Assembly: GCA_965603825.1 (NCBI GenBank)
Contig: CBFDEM010000001.1
Coordinates: 310,001 to 374,000 of the forward strand
From: Blepharisma stoltei ATCC 30299
Taxonomy: Eukaryota; Protista; Ciliophora
DNA: 64,000 bases
Reading direction: 5' to 3'
Made by a program: the position numbers and the translations under genes. Of the stretch, positions 26,193 to 38,733 are shown piece by piece. Each line of letters opens with the position of its first letter. Position 1 is the stretch's first letter. The notes below the pieces were generated by a model. It saw only the letters and a list, made by a program, of their open reading frames with translations. It had not been told where the DNA came from and searched no databases.

Positions 26193-27897
26193 ATGGGAAA
26201 CTGTTGTCCACATAAGTAAGTGATATATTAGAAATTTAAAGTCAATAGCAACAATCCCAGTGAATTCATCTATTATAAACGAAATTCAGCCTAAAAAAAT
26301 TATTGCGCAGCCAGTCAAAAAAAGTGTGAAATTTGTAAATCACTTTGGAAAAAATACAGGATCAAAAGACAGTCCATCTGAAGATTGAAATAAAAATGAA
26401 AAGAACAGAAGAAAAGAGCCTAAATACTTTGAAATAAATACATATTCTTCTGGAACCAATATATATGAAAGCGGAGAAAACCTGAGGCATGACTTATATA
26501 AAGATAGTGAAATGGCATCAGATATGCAAACTGCTGCGATTGAAGACTTCATAAGATCTCGAAATGGAACCAAAATCATTCATTCTGTATCTGAAGATCC
26601 ACCAGAGGATGCAAGCAAAGTCCAAAGAATCACAAGCATATCACTGACTTATTCTGAATCAGAAAATTTTCAAAACCAATCAGATGTTTCTAAGAAAGAT
26701 TCATTTGAGAAAGGCCTAAATGACTCAAGAAGCAAAGAATTTCCTTCTTCTTCATTTGGGTCAATGAAGATTTCTGAGCCTTCATCAATTGATGAAAAAA
26801 ATCAGCAAAAAGAGGAGGACCCCAACTTGTCGTATTCAAGCGAAAGTAGTAGCGATTTGTCTCCTCCGCCGCTTCATAGAAGTTTGGAATGCAATTCAGA
26901 ATCCTCTGAAGAGTTTGTCCCAAATTCAATTGAAACTGTGCTCGCAAACTTTAAACTATCAAGCATTAGTCCAGATAAAAATCAGAGTAAGCACCAGAGG
27001 CAGAATTCTTGTGAGCTGCCAACTTATAAGAAAAAATTCGAGAGCGAGAGCAGCTTCCCTGAAAATTCCGCTTCAAAGAGAAACACAGATCTTGTTGTCA
27101 CTTATTTTGAAGACGGCTCAAAACAAATCAATCAGTATAAGCTAACAAAGCGTCTTTTATCAGATTCATGTTATAAGACATATTTAGCAATCGACAAAGA
27201 ATTTAACCAATTTATAGTGAAATGCTATGATAAAAAGCTTCTCCAAAAAAAAAGTATGGGAAATGGGAAAAGCGCTCTTGATAAAATTATTGAAGAAGTT
27301 AATTTGGCTCTTCGACTGAACCATAAATACATACAAAAGTTAGTAGAAGTAATAGACTCAAAAACCAACGGAAAGCTCATTTTAGTACTAGAATTTGCAT
27401 CAAATGGCAAATTTAAGAGAAAAATGCCAATTATTGAAGCAAGAGCAAGGAGATATTACAGGCAACTTATAAGTGCTTTGGATTATCTTCATAATGAAGC
27501 ATTTATAGCGCATTTAAATATAATTCCTGAGTCTGTATTAGTTGATACTAATGAAAATATCAAATTAACTGATTTTAGCCTTGCACAGCCAATAATAAAT
27601 GGGAATGATGAAGCTTGTTGGATTCATAAGCATGAATTGCGAGCACCAGAAATAAAGTCAAGCCGAAGAACCTTTAAAGGCCGGGCTGCTGATGTTTGAG
27701 GAACTGGACTTTGCTTATACTTTTGGGTTAATGAAAAGTACCCAGAAAGACAGCATAAGTTTGATAATGATGAACAAAACGATCTAACTGACTTGCTAAG
27801 CAAGCTTCTGGAGGAAGATCCAGAAAGAAGAATTTCATTGAATTCAATAAAAACACATCCGTGATTAACTTGTAATGGACGCAATCCTTTGTTGTAA
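26193..27897 (+). CDS. CaMKK-like pseudokinase, N-acylated, ~562 aa, 16-nt intron 26216-26231
   Basis: MGNCC start; intron removal puts the ATG in frame with the 26512 ORF; QINQYKL, AADV-W(TGA), HP-W(TGA)-LTCNGRNPL are CaMKK-like; catalytic loop HLNIIPES, DFS. Confidence 0.82.
26216..26231 (+). other. 16-nt intron GTAAGTGATATATTAG
   Basis: Removes TAA and corrects a 1-nt frame offset (319-16=303). Confidence 0.85.
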
Positions 27898-28042
27898 TAA
27901 ATTGGCGAGTTTGATAAATTAAGATTTATAAGCAATCTTAATTTATTTAAAAATGCACTGCTATTTTAATCATCAATTGTTAAATATAAATGCCAAACTA
28001 TATTTTAATTATCTATGCAAATATCATTTAATAAATAAAATC

Positions 28043-29023
28043 ATGGAATCTTTACCGCTACTAGATTTACAAACAAGGGAACCCTTAGATTTTGCACTCC
28101 CAGAAAACACTTTTTGCTTATTGATTTTTTTTGAAATTAAGCAGTTTCAGGCTATTAAAGAAATATATAAAGAAATAAAAGACAATTCTATGCAGCCATT
28201 AGGAGTTTTCTTAGGGGATTCTATAATAAATGTAACTACCTGAGCTAAAAAAGAGTCAAAATTAATGAAAGTGTATTCAGCATCATCTATTTCAGATTGG
28301 CAGAAATTCGGAGTTGAAAAAACACCTTGAATTTTGGTATTGAGAAACATGGAAGTTATATTATCAGCGTCAATGAATGAAATTCATAAACCATTTATGA
28401 TAAATCTTAAAAAGAAATTAGGAATTGAGCCTGGAAGCCCTGGAAAATCTTCAAATTCTTTGTCTGATATTGGAGGATCCGTTATCGGTCCTGACTCATC
28501 TCCCAGTAGATTTGGGGAAGTAGCTAAACTTGTGCAACAAAAACCTACCTTAGAAGCCTTGTGTTTGAGGCTTGAGAATATGGAAAAAGTATCTGCTAAA
28601 AATCAAGAGGATATATCGATTTTAAAAGAAAGTTTGGCTGAAAAAGATAAAATTTTAAAAGAAATCATAGAAAAGCTGTAAGTTTCACTTAGAAACTCAT
28701 TTCAAGGAACTGTTAAACTGAGAAAACCATTAGTAAAATATGATATTAAAAAAACTACTGAAAGCGGCAATGATTGGAATAAGCAAGACAGCGTTTCTAA
28801 TGCAAGTAGCGATTTATGTAAAGATCTATGAATCTATTCTATTGGAAGTGAGCAAGAAAGTCTCCCTGCTATTGCAAATCCTGAGACATTAAGAGAAGAA
28901 TATAGAAGAGATATCAAAAGTGTTAGTCCTGTAAGGAAAAGTTTGCAGATGAATAGAAGAAAGCTCTCTCAGAGTACAAAAAATGATTCAAGGCCTTATT
29001 TGCAATATGGAAAAAGATTTTAG
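28043..29023 (+). CDS. Hypothetical protein, possible redox-inactive thioredoxin-like N-terminus plus coiled coil, ~321 aa, intron 28678-28692
   Basis: ATG 28043; TGA read-through; QKFGVEKTP-W-ILVL resembles the Trx cis-Pro strand; TAG stop at 29021-29023. Confidence 0.7.
28678..28692 (+). other. 15-nt intron GTAAGTTTCACTTAG
   Basis: Removes TAA; ~110 further open codons follow. Confidence 0.85.
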
Positions 29024-29052
29024 TCTGAACCAATTATAAATAACAATCAACC

Positions 29053-29826
29053 TTAACTATTCTCTATATCTAAAATTCCAGTTTTTGCAGCAGTTTCAAC
29101 CCTTCTTGATACAATTGCCAGAGCTTCATTTAATAGTAGCTCATTAAACCCAAAGTCTTTTCATCAATTATTTTGAATATTTTTCACCATTTCTCATCTA
29201 GCCTTAAGCTCGTTCATATTAGTTAAATCGCTGCTTTCATCACACCCAATGCCTATAAAAGATTGATGCGTTTTATAGCATTCCTCAGCTCTTATTTCTT
29301 TAATAGCAGTAATTGCAAGGTCTAAAACTGCTCCAACCATATCTGGATAAAATCCTAGATCAATTTCAGGAATCATAAAGCTAAATTAATCAGACCTTTC
29401 ATTTAATAAGCTTCAAGCAAGCTGAAGAGCTTGAGGGGGCAGTTTTAAAGCATATGCCAAGTTTATTAGTAAAATATAATGCTCCTGAGCTCGGTATTTA
29501 TAAATTTCAAATCGAATTGCAGAAAGCAAAGACTCTTCAGCGGCTACACCAAAATCGCGCTTGTCAAAGTAGGTATCAATATTGTAGTGAATTGTATGCT
29601 CAATGTGATAGCAGACACAGTTTATTATATCTCTAATTCTTGCCCCGCATTCACATAATTTTGTTCCGGCTATTAAGCTTCCATAAAATGAAATGTCTAA
29701 TGGTAATACTTTTCTTGCGTCTTTATAAAGTTGCAAAATGGAGCTGATTGCATGCTGCTCTCTGTGTTAAAATTACAGATTAAGGCTAAGGCATGCTTTT
29801 CTAACTACTGTCAATTCTTCTTCCAT
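29053..29826 (-). CDS. Transcriptional cyclin, cyclin Q/FAM58- or cyclin L-like, ~247 aa, introns 29762-29776 and 29381-29395
   Basis: GTKLCE..RIRDIINC, AEESLLSAIRF, LA-W-SLLNESF, NN-WW(TGATGA)-KDFG parallel cyclin Q motifs (RTRDIIN, AWALLRDSY, PWWQVF). Confidence 0.75.
29381..29395 (-). other. 15-nt intron GTCTGATTAATTTAG
   Basis: Removes TAA and restores LLNESF; GTC donor. Confidence 0.8.
29762..29776 (-). other. 15-nt intron GTAATTTTAACACAG
   Basis: Removes TAA and links ATG 29826 to the 29736 frame. Confidence 0.85.
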
Positions 29827-30142
29827 AATAAATAAATTACTTAATAAACAATTTAATGCATGATGATTTAAATATGTGTTTGATATTGTATGCTGTTATC
29901 CAATTTTTTTGCTATCCTATGCAAAAAATCCACTTTATGAATTATGAAATGTGAATATAGACCTATTTCTTAAAAATAATTTATAAATTATATTTTTAGC
30001 TCCACGATTATGAAAAAATTATAAAATGCCTTATTTTAAGAGCATTATTAATCAAATCATCAATAGTTTGGAAAAATTTTCCTTATTAAAAATGCAATGT
30101 TTATAGTAAAACCATAAATTCAAAATCTCAAAAAGTTTAATA

Positions 30143-31648
30143 ATGAAACAAAATGACATTTATGAATACTTCAACAATAGATGTCAAGCTATAGATTCTT
30201 CTGAGCTACTAGACGTAATCAAAACATAGCTAACTAAGCTGAAAACAGATGCTTCACTTGTGAGTATAAAAGAAAAGTTTCTTAATAAACAAATGATTTT
30301 TCCACAAAAATGTGATAATATCAGCCTTATTATCAAGCAATCATTGCAATCTGTTGATAGAAATATTGGAGCATCTTCAAAGAAACGAATCAGCATATCA
30401 CCAATAAAAGAATCTCACACAAATGTATCAAAAAATTCAAAACTCACAAGTGATACAGCTAGCTCAAGCTCACTTAGCACAGAAAAAGAAATTAAAAGAA
30501 GACGAAAAGAATTCAAAGATTTGCTTAAAAAATTAAACCAAGAAAAAGAAGAAAGAAGAATTTTGATGGAAAAAGAAGAGGCCAAACATCAACTAAAAAT
30601 TAGCGAAGAAATCGAGCAAATAAAAAGGTCTAAAACTGAACATGAAAATTTAATTAGATTAACAAAACAGCAACAGTTAGAAGAATTGCATTTAAAAAGC
30701 CAGCAGCGAAAAGAATCAATGCGCTTGCAGATAGAAATTTTAAAAGAAAGAACCCCAAGCCATGAAAGACCGAGATTTGTAATTATGGAAGAAAAATTCA
30801 GACATGAGTTTGAAATGCCTGAGCTAGAAAAACGTAAATTAATTTTAGCTAAAAAAAGATTCCAAGTTCAGCCGATGAATCAAGAAGATTTTAAAGAGCA
30901 TTTAAAAAAATATAAAGAATACATAAAAGATGCTCAAGAAAGACGAGCTCGAAAGCTCAAGGCAAACTCGCTTGAAAGAAGCCTTAACTCTTATTCAAGT
31001 GTAAGATCTCTCAAGCGTTTTGAAGATAAACCTGACGATTGCGCACAAAAAGAATTTTTTGAAAGACAGTGCAAAATGAAAAAGCAAAAAAAATATGGCG
31101 AAATTGTTAGAGAATTTTTCGCACCTAAGCTTGCAGAAAAAATTAGGTCAGAGTCAAGTTTAAACTTCAGAGGCAACCAATTTGCAACACCTATGAGAAT
31201 CAAAAAACACCAAAACATCAGAGCTGCAACTGAAGCAAGTTCAGCAAGTATAAGTCCTATCCCATCTCCTTTCACTGAACGAATTAAAAAAATCAAACCG
31301 AAATTAAAAATAAAAAGTCAGCAAAGCATCACCCCCAAAATAAAAGAAACACATAATTATCTATCTGAACAACGCAAAAAAAGAGAAGAATTTTCCACCC
31401 TAAAAAACTCTTTTGAATACGAACACATTGATTGAGATAGCATTGGGCTTGGAACGGGGTTAAGGCAAGACAGAGCAAAAATCATTAGAGAAATGGCACA
31501 AGATCTTGAAAGAGAAGTCAGGCGACAAGAAATTATATCGAAATCTATATCTCCTATGAGCGATAAAAGCTTGAAAATAGAAGAATATATGAACGACCTT
31601 CTGCTTCAGTCTGTCAAAGCAAAAATGAAATTAGTAAGAAATAGCTAA
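30143..31648 (+). CDS. Charged coiled-coil hypothetical protein, ~496 aa, intron 30215-30229
   Basis: ATG 30143, 15-nt intron, K/E/R-rich helices, TGA read-through at 31433, TAA 31646-31648. Confidence 0.8.
30215..30229 (+). other. 15-nt intron GTAATCAAAACATAG
   Basis: Removes in-frame TAG. Confidence 0.8.
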
Positions 31649-31668
31649 TTTTGTGTTAAATTTTATTA

Positions 31669-33351
31669 TTATTCGTCTCCTAATGGTCTCCCATTATTCA
31701 TATGATTTAAAATATCCTTTGTATACTTGATTCTTTTACACAGATCAAGATCGCCACTTTCGTAAGCTTGGCCTAGTGGCATTGATTGCTTAGCACCTGA
31801 TTTATTTACAAAAATAATAGTTTTTGTGGAAATAATTAGTTCAGAATGGTCTTGGAAAACAACCTGCACAACTTTATTTGACATTCTAAATAGAATTGCC
31901 CTTTTTGTCCTCATTCATTTCTTTACATAGGGAGCTTCATCAGACTGAAAATATTCAGGATTTTCTTTGTCTGTATCCAAGTAGCCTTTGAAATGATGCA
32001 AAAGGGTAACTTTTTTGTGAAGAGATTGAGGATAGTCAGTTAAAGTATGTCAGTTTATGATGTCTTTTTTTTCTTCATCTCTATAAATATACCGAAATGA
32101 GTCTGAAATAGGGTCTAAAACTATTTTTGTAGCATCGTTAAAGTAGACTCCGATTGCTCCAGTTGATAAGGTATAGCCTAAACCATATTTGTTGCTGTAG
32201 TCCACCCACCTGTTTATGAAAGGAGTTTTAATTTCGCCATTGAGAGCAGATAAGCTGGGGGTTTTGTGGGTAGAAGATGGGTTTCTTTGAGTGTTTGATG
32301 CATTTCTGCATGTACTTAAAGCGTTCCTTTCATGGATAATTGGGACTGTGTCGGAGCTTATTTTCCGAAATATTAATTTAGCCTTGGGCATGTATTGACT
32401 TAAAAAAGACTCTGAAGGAGGGATTGCAAGAGTACTTGGAGGCAAAAATTTAGGTATTTCAAATCCCATATTGAAAAAGGCATGTTTATACATATCTTGT
32501 ATGGATAGTCTCGACTCCGGATCAGCTTGCAAAATTTTTTCAATTAAATCTTTAGCTTGGCTTGATATTTGCACGTTTTCTGGAAATGAATATGAACATT
32601 TTCTTATCTTTTTGTAAGTAGTTTTTACATCATTTGTTTCAAATGGAGGCTTTCCTATTAATAAAGTATATAAAATCACCCCAAATGACCAAATATCAAC
32701 TTCATAAGAATGGCCTTCTCGGCTTTCTAAAATTTCTGGAGCTATATAATTTGGTGTCCCACAGACAGTTTTCCTTTTTTGTCCTTCATATTCTAGCTTT
32801 GAAGCCAATCCAAAATCCCCTAGCTTTATTTCTAATTTTTCATTTAAAAACATATTTCCCAGCTTCAGATCTCTATGAATAACTCTATGATTGTGCAAAT
32901 ATTCTACTGCTGATAGCGTTTGAACCATATACACCATCGATTCAAGCTCAGTGAGTCTTTTTCTTCTTCTTAGAAGCTCGTTTAATGTTTGATTTATACA
33001 AATTTCAAGTAAAATATAAACATTTTCATGATCCTCAAAAAAATGCTCAAATCCAACGATATTTGGATGCTTTAAACTTTTATGTATTTTTATTTCTGAC
33101 ATCAATTTTTGCCTTGTTCTTGACTTAGTGAGAGTTGACTTGGGAATTACTTTGGCTGCGTAGTTCTTTTTAGATTCTAAATCTTGGAGTTCATACACAC
33201 GAGCAAATCCGCCTTTTCCTAAAAATCGGCCCTTACTGTAGCGCTTTATAGATACACTACCTCTAGGGCTGATTACTTTTTCTTCAATAACCCCTTCAAA
33301 TAATGCACCGTCTTGCAAGCTGGTGGCTGAAGATCTAGATGTTAGTGACAT
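31669..33351 (-). CDS. PLK1: Polo-like kinase, ~560 aa
   Basis: GKGGFA, HRDLKLGN, CGTPNYIAPE; polo boxes RWVDYSNKYGLGY and YVKK-W(TGA)-MRTKRAILFRMSN..QVVFQDH. Confidence 0.95.
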
Positions 33352-33589
33352 TGTTTATGAATATTAAACTTTTAACGGAAAAGTTATAACAGTTGTCTTT
33401 AAGAGAATTTAAAAATGGATAGTAGAGATATTTAAGGTTTGGAAAATAGTGGGATGATCAAGTTTAGTTACATTTTTTAACGAAAAAAATAATAAAAACA
33501 AATTTAGCATGCTCATTCTTACATAAAATTTCAAGCTATTCTAATTTTAAGAAGTATTTCACTATGATATTCTTTAGTGGATTATGTGC

Positions 33590-33811
33590 TATTCCCATAT
33601 CGTCCCAATTATGTGTAACTCCACATTCGTATGGATATTCAGATTTGTTTAGCTTGGCTTCATTACTAATTTAGTGTTCTATTTTCCTATAATACTGAGC
33701 AACCTATAATTCTCGGCATTTAATCTCTGGAGCATTACTACCAACTACGCCTGCTCTAGCAGTTTAGTTACCAATATCAATTGCTGTTACTCGTACATTT
33801 CTATCAGCCAT
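33590..33811 (-). pseudogene. Actin-family pseudogene relic (N-terminal ~75 codons)
   Basis: Translates MADRNVRVTAIDIGN*TARAGVVGSNAP...EYPYECGVTHNWDDM, matching actin IDNGSGMCKAGFAGDDAP and YPIEHGIVTNWDDM; three in-frame TAA/TAG. Confidence 0.7.
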
Positions 33812-34078
33812 ATTATTATAAGGTAGGCCTAACTAGAATTATTTAAAAATCATCAAAACAAACAAGAAACTATTATAGATTCTGATTAATAACTCAAATA
33901 TATTGCTAATATAGCTAAATGTATCGGCCATATATTAATGATTTGTATACTTTTAAAATAAATATCACTTTCTGCTAATTATCAGTTTTCATTCGATTTA
34001 TTATGCTAGTGGATTTTTCAGAGAACTATTACACTAAGCAGATTCCTCAATAAAAAATAGGGTAAAGAAATTTTAGAA

Positions 34079-34987
34079 ATGATGATTGAAGATGAGGTGC
34101 CAAATGAGCGTGTCACTATGGATGGGGTCCAGATCGCCAAAAATATTACTGAAGGACTTAAGACTGAAATTGAAAGGTTGCAAAATAGATTTTCTACAAC
34201 TTCAAAGCCAAAGCTATTATGTATAAATGTTGGAAATCGAATTGAGAGTCGTACTTATACTTCCAACAAGCAAAAAGCTTGTGAAAAAATAGGTGGATTA
34301 TTAGAAATCATTAATTTCGAAGAAACTGCGACATATGAGCAAATAGCTCAAACTATTGAACAAGCTAATAAAGATGATTCTGTAAATGGAATTTTAGTGC
34401 AGTTACCACTGCCTAAAAGCTTGAATGAATGCTCTATACTTGATCTTATATCTGAAGAAAAAGACGTAGACGGCTTAACAAGTATAAATATCGGAAGACT
34501 GACTACAAAAGGCAGAAGTACAACATTTTACCCTTGTGCTCCTTTAGCAGCTGTTCTTCTTTTGAAGAATTATGGAATAGAAATAAGTGGAAAGCATGCA
34601 GTTGTCATAGGAAGAAGCAATTTGGTAGGGATTCCTTTACTTATGATGCTGCAGAAAGAAAATGCAACAGTGACTCTTTGCCATACTTATACTCATAACT
34701 TGAGAGAATTTACAAGAAATGCAGATATTATTGCAGTGGCTGTTGGGAAGCCAGGATTTCTTAAAGAAGATATGGTTAAAGAAGGCTGCACTGTAATAGA
34801 CTTTGGAATAAATGTAGTTCCAGATAATAGCGAAAAAGGATTTCATTTAACTGGAGATGTTGATTATAACTCAGTAAGCCAAACAGCTAATTATATTTCT
34901 CCAGTTCCAGGAGGAGTTGGTCCAATGACAGTTGCTATACTTTTGAGTAATTTAGTCTTAAGCTGAAAACAAACCTTAAGGTTATAA
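34079..34987 (+). CDS. folD: Methylenetetrahydrofolate dehydrogenase/cyclohydrolase, ~302 aa
   Basis: YTSNK, GILVQLPLP, KDVDG, GRSNLVG, SPVPGGVGPMT; TGA at 34964 read as Trp, TAA at 34985-34987. Confidence 0.93.
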
Positions 34988-35001
34988 TTAGCTAAAATAT
35001 T

Positions 35002-35916
35002 ATGTCTTTATCCCAAAGAAGTTTTAGAGATAGTCCTTTTGCTAGCCAGTACAGTTATTTGACTTACAGTATTAATACAACTTTAAACAAAAGCAGAAAA
35101 ATCTTAGATGAAAGCAGAAAACTAACTCAATTTCATCATCATAGAAAGTTTTTCCTCAATAGCCACACGTCTTTATTTCCTGATCACACTGACAGAATCG
35201 GGCAAGGATCACTATTTAAAACTTTTGATTCGGCTATCGACGATCCCTTATCTTCTAAACGAGAAAAATATAGCAGTATAAATATCCAAGACAATTATCC
35301 AAGTTATGACAATCGAACTTTTTCTACTCTTGGAGAATCTCCAAGCCTGTCAGATACTCGATCTCTACAAAGGATCGTCGCAGAGCTTAGGCAAGAAAAT
35401 TTAAATCTAAAACGAGAACTGCAATACTCTAAAAGCATTACTGAAGATTTCGAAAAATTAAAAGGCCTTTATAATAATCTTTATGAGTCAAAAAACCAAA
35501 TTGAACAAAAATTAGAAGAAGGGTTAATTTCGAATAGAAGCACAGGGAATTTGGAAGAGAAATATAAAGAAATTGAGGAAAAATATCTGTATGAAATGAG
35601 GGTAAACGAAAGACTGAGGGATGAAATTAGAGATATAAATCGGAAAGAAAATGGAGAGATTGAGGCAGAAGATTGCTTGAAGAAGATTAATACCGTTGAA
35701 GATAAATTAAGGGAAAGCTTTAAAAGCTGTGAGGATTTAAAGGAAAAAATAGGGATAAGCAATAAAACATGTTTGAGGCCGAAAAGGAAAACTTCAAAAA
35801 GTTCAAAATCTCTTATTAAACCAAACACGAAAAATGTGAGCATAAAAACCGGAGGAAAAGTGGCAAAGTCTGCTAAGCTTATAAAAACTCTCAAAAGAAA
35901 AACAAATGCGAAATAA
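35002..35916 (+). CDS. Coiled-coil hypothetical protein, 304 aa
   Basis: Uninterrupted ORF with heptad region and basic tail. Confidence 0.75.
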   Translation: MSLSQRSFRDSPFASQYSYLTYSINTTLNKSRKILDESRKLTQFHHHRKFFLNSHTSLFPDHTDRIGQGSLFKTFDSAIDDPLSSKREKYSSINIQDNYPSYDNRTFSTLGESPSLSDTRSLQRIVAELRQENLNLKRELQYSKSITEDFEKLKGLYNNLYESKNQIEQKLEEGLISNRSTGNLEEKYKEIEEKYLYEMRVNERLRDEIRDINRKENGEIEAEDCLKKINTVEDKLRESFKSCEDLKEKIGISNKTCLRPKRKTSKSSKSLIKPNTKNVSIKTGGKVAKSAKLIKTLKRKTNAK

Positions 35917-36736
35917 AGCGATATTTATTTAATTTTTGGAGAAGGTTAAATATAAAATAGTTTGAATGAGTTAAGATCTATTTATTATTTATTAAAGATG
36001 CTAATCATATAAGATATTCTATACATCTCAAGGTCATAACTTATGGCTAAAAATTCTGGATTTCAATTGGATACGATACTGCATCATTCAAATATATTTG
36101 TAGTAGTGTGCTTATCTATACGACCTAACTTGCGGCTAAAAGCATACATTTCAACTTTCAAAACTTGTCCTCAAACAGCCATCACAAACACGATAGGCTA
36201 GCAAAAAATTTATATCAGTGTGTATTTAAGATTTAAATTAAATTAATACTGCTAATCGTTAAAAATCTTCTAATAATTGCGTTTGATTTCTGAACTCGAA
36301 ATTTAAGGTTATTTTTTTCTTAAAAGCTCTATTTTAAATTAAAAAAATCTAGCATTTTATCATTCATAATCATAGAATATTTTAGTTTGATTGAATTCTA
36401 ACTGCCTTAACAATATAAAATCTTTTTGAGCTCAACTATTTAACTCTCTTTAAAATTAGTCCCTAAATAATTGTCAATACCTTAACACATTATATTACTC
36501 CAAACATTCAATTCATACTCAAACAAACAGATTTTATTGCTTATTATTTATTTCTGATTGAATGGCAAACAATATCAAATTCTAAAGCATTTCTCCAAAG
36601 TTTTATTGAGCAAAACAACAGAGCAAACAATTTTTATTAATTTTGCTTACGTCATTTTTATTATCAAGAGTTAAATCAACTTTAAACCAAAGTTTTTTCA
36701 GTGAGAGCTTTAATAATTGCAACATGCGTCAATAAT

Positions 36737-38092
36737 ATGGGAAGTTTATGCTGCGGACCTAATGCAGTTGAGCCAGTAGGCCGTTCAATATCATCCTCTA
36801 GGACTAAAGAAAGCCAAAAATCACCTTCATTACCCCAAGAGAGCCCTAAAAAATGATGAAACAAAGAAAAACGTCCAAAATACGGAAAAACAGCAAATAA
36901 TCCTGTTGGACCACCAGGCCTTCAAAATCTAGGAAACACCTGCTTTATAAACGCTGTCTTGCAGTGTATTTTTAACACACAACCCTTACAGGAATATTTT
37001 TTAGGAGGAATCTACCAAAATGATATAAGCCAAAACGCAAGTAACCAAGGTGAATATGCCAGAGCTCTCGCAACACTCCTAACAGAGCATTGGCTAAGGG
37101 CTAACAAATATATCAGACCTCAAGAATTCGTAAATTTAGTTTGGCAGAGTTCTATACTTTTCCGTAAAGGTCTTCCACAAGATGCCCATGAGTTTCTTTC
37201 TTTTTTTTTAGACAAATTGCATGAGGATTTAAACAGAGCACCAAAAACTAGTAAAAAACTGGCAACAATAAAAGGGAAAAGATCCGAGCGATATGCAGCG
37301 AAAAGTTGGAGAAGCTACTTAGAGACCAATTGTTCAATAATAATTGATCTATTTCAAGGGCAACTCCGGTCAACATTAAAATGCTTGAATTGTAAAGGAG
37401 CCAAAGTTAAGTTTGAAAACTTTTTACATTTAAGTTTACCAATACCATCAAATATACAAAATCCATGCCTTGATGACTGTATGAGAGAATTCACAAAAGC
37501 AGAATTTTTAGTTGATAAATGATTTTGTCCAAAATGTCAGACACCTGTGTCAGCTGCTAAAAAATATGATATATGAAAGGCTCCACCAATATTAATTATT
37601 CACCTTAAAAGATTTATTTTCAATAGAGATAAACGAGGCAAGGTCGAAGGTCTTGTAAATTATCCTCTCGAAGGATTTGACTTAACAAAATATACAGCAA
37701 GCACCCAAAGAGAGGTTCCACTTTATGAAGCATTTGCAAGAATTGACCATTCAGGGTCATTAGAAAATGGTCATTACAGTGCTGCTGTGAAGAATAAAAG
37801 TGCCCAAGAATGATACTCTTATGATGACTCTTTAGTAGACAAGCTTGATGAAACTGATTTGGTTTCACCTGAAGCTTATGTGCTGTTTTATCAAAAAACG
37901 TCTATCAGAGAATTTAAACGACAACAGTTTGATCTTCCTGAGCTATGGCCCCATATAGTGAAAGCAACACTTGCAAGAAGGCCAAGCGAAGTTTCTGATC
38001 AAGATGTGTCTTTCATGTCAAACGATTCTCATATGTCCAATGAAAGCTATCAAAACCACTTTTCAGATTTATCAGTCAAAGATTCTTACTAA
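36737..38092 (+). CDS. Ubiquitin-specific protease (USP2/8/21-like), ~451 aa
   Basis: MGSLCC; Cys box GLQNLGNTCFINAVLQC, QDAHEFL, K-W-FCPKC, HLKRF, His box HSGSLENGHYSA; several TGA=Trp. Confidence 0.93.
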
Positions 38093-38173
38093 ATTGAAAT
38101 TTTATTAAATAATTAAACTATAAATAGGTAATTTAATTTTTCCTGAATGAGTGAATAATTACTTAGCCGAAAT

Positions 38174-38683
38174 ATGGAATTGCAACAAGCAAGATTACTT
38201 TTAGAGCAAAAAGAAAAATACTTAAAAGAGCTTGCATTAACACTCTCCACACACATTCAAGACTTAAGCCAAGTCAATGAAAAAATTTCATCACTTGAAA
38301 ATGTGATCCAACTTAAGGAAAAAAAATTCAAACGTAAATCAGCACAGCTTGAGCAAGAAATCAAAGACAAAGAAATAATTCTTGCCCGAATAAAAGGCCT
38401 TGAAGGGCTGTTAGGGTCTTCTAATGATCCTTCATTTCATAAGAGATCCAAAACATTTTCGAAAGGGAAAACAGACACAACTGCAAATTACCTTGAGTTT
38501 TATTCCAAACTGAAAAACCAGAAAGAAATAAATCCTGTGGTTGAAACGCCTGTAAAAGTGGAAGAAGAGAAAAAGGATGTCTTCGAAATTGAAATGGGCA
38601 ACACAAGTGCTATCACAGAGGAAGAAATTTTGCAAGAACTCAGAGATTTAGGCTTGGAGAAAATTGTTAACAAGTATAATTAA
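38174..38683 (+). CDS. Small coiled-coil protein, 169 aa
   Basis: Uninterrupted ORF, heptad pattern. Confidence 0.75.
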   Translation: MELQQARLLLEQKEKYLKELALTLSTHIQDLSQVNEKISSLENVIQLKEKKFKRKSAQLEQEIKDKEIILARIKGLEGLLGSSNDPSFHKRSKTFSKGKTDTTANYLEFYSKLKNQKEINPVVETPVKVEEEKKDVFEIEMGNTSAITEEEILQELRDLGLEKIVNKYN

Positions 38684-38733
38684 TAATTTTATAGATTTAA
38701 GCTCTATATGTAAGTTTGCTTATAAAAACCAAT

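Noticed and set aside
30991-31296. Hydrophobic antisense ORFs (also 964-1173, 35481-35894, 58260-58634)
   Set aside because: These are reverse-strand shadows of Lys/Glu-rich coding sequence.
33756-33771. GTAACTAAACTGCTAG as a 16-nt intron rescuing the actin relic
   Set aside because: Splicing removes residues that align with actin and leads to an immediate TAG.
35985-36182. 65-codon minus-strand ORF open under TGA=Trp (MAVWGQVLKVEMYAF..)
   Set aside because: No recognisable motif; this length can arise by chance with only two stop codons.
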